A stretch of 64,000 nt of DNA, taken from NCBI RefSeq assembly GCF_963921235.1, contig NC_086097.1, positions 159,528,001 through 159,592,000 of the forward strand, read 5' to 3'. Below the pieces are notes generated by a model. The model worked only from the letters and a program-made list of their open reading frames with translations, did not search any database and was not told the origin of the DNA. Shown in pieces: positions 61,327 through 64,000 of the stretch. The first letter of the stretch is position 1. The number at the start of each line of letters is the position of its first letter. The position numbers and the translations under genes were made by a program. This DNA is from Mobula hypostoma. Taxonomy: Eukaryota.

Positions 61327-62409
61327 TTCTGCTCTAAGTATAACTGATTCAGATCATCAGAGGGGGGTGAAAAGAAAAGGACTGCACTAGTATAACAACT
61401 TTTATGGTTTCAGGATGCTTGATATTATGATGTTCCTAAAAAGAACTTTTTAGAAATGTAATCACAATTGTAACATCTGATCAAAGATGGTTAAATAGTG
61501 CTGAAATATTGAACATCTACAGTCTAACCAGCACACACTAAAGGGGATGCATGGCCGTCTCAGTTCCTATATTTCTAGGTCAAACTTTATCTCTTCTATT
61601 TTTTTTGTAAGATGTAAGTTGCTTTCAACCTAGCTTCTGCAACCAATTTTCATATAAATGGCTTTCCTTTTAAACAGCACATTAAAGCTAGAAGGTGTCA
61701 TAGCATGTTGATAACCAAACTGGATGCAGTCCTCATCTGACTGACATCTGTACAGAGTAGATAAACAGACTCCAAATTGTAGTTGACTATCTTTATATTA
61801 TTATTCAATACTTTGTTTGTTTCATGTTTTCTGCTCATGAGTGAAAATTTTAAATGTGTCTTCTCGTTCAATTTTAGCATCAGCTTGTTTCAAGAGAAGC
61901 ATTTAGGAGTTGTTTTTGCAACAGCAGATTGGTTCTGAAACTCCACCACTGGAATTCAAGCTCATAATTATAGACTAGCTGTACTCCTGGGGGCAAAAAC
62001 ATCATTGTAAATATCCTTCAAAATTCACCACACAGAAGGAGTCCATTTGATTCATCACGTCAGCCAAGGAAATATGAAATTAACCTTGGTGAAATCCCTC
62101 CCAATGAAATGTCATTGATCTGAAACATTAACTCTCTCTCTCCTCAGATCCTGACTGAATTGCTGATTTCTGTATTTTCTGTTTTCTTTCAGACTGCTAG
62201 CACTTGCAAGGTTTAGTTTTAAATGTCAAATGAATAATTCTTTTATATTTACAGTAATTTTCCTTTCCTGCTCATGCAGAATATTGGATTGTTCCAGTGG
62301 AGAAGAGGCTGGAAAGACCTCCCTCTTGGTACAAATGCAAATTTTGACACAATTTTGGCTAAATGCACAAGTTAACATTCATTTTATTTTCTACTAAAGT
62401 TATTCCCTA

Positions 62410-63810
62410 AGACGATAAGATTTTGGAGCAGAATTAAGCCATTTGGCCCATCGAGGGTGCTCCGCCATTTCTGATCCACTTCCCTCTCTGCCCCAATCTC
62501 CTGCCTTCTCCCTGTATCTCTTTGTGGCCTGACTAATCAAGAATCTATCAACCTCTGCCTTAAATATATCCAATGACTTGGCCTCCACAGCTGCTTGTGG
62601 CAATGAATTCCACAGATTTACCACCCTCTTGCTAAAGAAATTGCTTCTCATCATTATTCTAATTGGATGTCCCTCCATTCCGAAGCTGTGTCCTCTGATC
62701 TTAGACTCCACCTGCATAGGAAACATCTTCTCCACATCCATTCTATCGAGGCCTTTCAACATCTGATAGGTTTCAAAATCAACCCCCCTCATTCTTCTGA
62801 ATTCCAGTGAGTACAGGCCAAGAACCCTTCAGATGATCCTCTTAGGATAAGTGTTTCAATCCTGGAATCCTTTTCATGAAGCTTCTTTGAAACCATTCTA
62901 ATGTCAACACATCCGTTCTTAGATAAGGAGACCAACACTCCTCACAAGACTCCAAGTGAGGCCTTACCTGTGCCCTAAAAAGTTTGACATTACATCCTTG
63001 CTTTTATATTCCAGTCCTTTTGAAATGAATGCTAACATTGCATTTGCCTTCCTCACTAGCAACTCAACCTGAAAGTGAACCTTTAGGGATTCCTGCATGA
63101 GGACTCCCAAATGCATTAGGACCTCAGACTTGCAAATTTTCTCCCCATTTAAAAAATATTCTACACCTTTATTTCTTTCACCAAAATGCATGACCATATA
63201 GACACTGCCACCATTCCACCTGCCACCTCTTTGCCTATTCTCTTAATCTGTCTAATTCAATCTGTAGCCTTTCTACTTCCTCAACACTGCCTACCCCTCC
63301 ACCTATCTTCGTATTGTCCACAAACATGGCCACAAACCCATTAATTCTATCACCCAGATCACTGACATATAGCATAAAAAGAAGAAGTCCCAACACAGAC
63401 CTCTTTATTCTAACTCTTTGCCTCCTGTTAATCAGCCAATGTTCTATCCATGCTAATACCCTTCCTGTAATACCATGGATGCTTAACTTGCTAAGCAGCA
63501 TCATTTACGGCATCTTATCAAAGGCCTTCTGAAAATCCAAGTACAAAACATTCACCAATTCTTCTTTGTCTATCCTGCTTGTCATCAGATACATCCTGCA
63601 TGATCCAACAGATCTGTCAGACAATATTTTTCCTTAAGGAAATCATGCTGACTTGGGCCTGTTCTATTATTTATCTCCAACTACCCCAAAACAACATCCT
63701 TAACAATGTTCCCAACCACCAATGTCAGACTAACTGCCCTATAATTTCCTCTCTCCCTTATTGAGCAGTGGAGTGATATTTGCAATTTTCCAGTCTTGCA
63801 GAACCATCAT
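62410..63810 (-). mobile_element. CR1 LINE RT through 3' end
   Basis: LLSKLSIHGITGRVLAWIEHWL; MFVDNTKIGG; NFFSKRVVNLWNSLPQ. Confidence 0.9.
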
Positions 63811-64000
63811 ACTTTATACTTTATACTGTATTGTCACCAAACAATTCATACTAGAACGTACAATCATCACAGCGATATTTGATTCTGCGCTTCCTGCTCC
63901 CTGGATTACAAATATTAAATATTAAAAGTAGTAAAAATTAGTAAATATTAAAAATTTAAATTATAAATCATAAATAGAAAATAGAAAAATGGAAAGTAAG
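63811..64000 (-). mobile_element. Rex1 LINE 3' end (same family as 11397-14368), runs off the window
   Basis: Nearly identical to 11400-11592; (TAAAGTA)n tail. Confidence 0.85.

Overview
Eukaryotic, repeat-dominated vertebrate DNA. CR1 dominance, an HE1/V-SINE-like element and Penelope/Rex1 families suggest a cartilaginous fish (inference). Most of the window is nested retroelements: many CR1 fragments (two with SGNH-esterase ORF1 remnants), two long Rex1/Babar LINEs plus fragments, an L1 3' part, a Nimb/I-group 3' end, Penelope fragments (one a ~0.9 kb hairpin with a TSD), SINEs, solo LTRs and a decayed Mag-like Gypsy. The only long intact ORF (24628-27699, minus, 1023 aa) lies in a young, structurally complete Gmr1-like LTR element (23599-28656, CTGC TSD). 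It encodes an E/R/K-repeat, SCAN-like Gag with a CCHC knuckle and a protease, fused in frame to a pol whose integrase, RT and RNase H cores are deleted. The AT-rich unique stretches hold several small phase-compatible minus-strand exon candidates of an unidentified host gene (low confidence). No rRNA, true tRNA or CRISPR is seen. Family names come from recalled motifs rather than database searches, and boundaries of old repeats are approximate.
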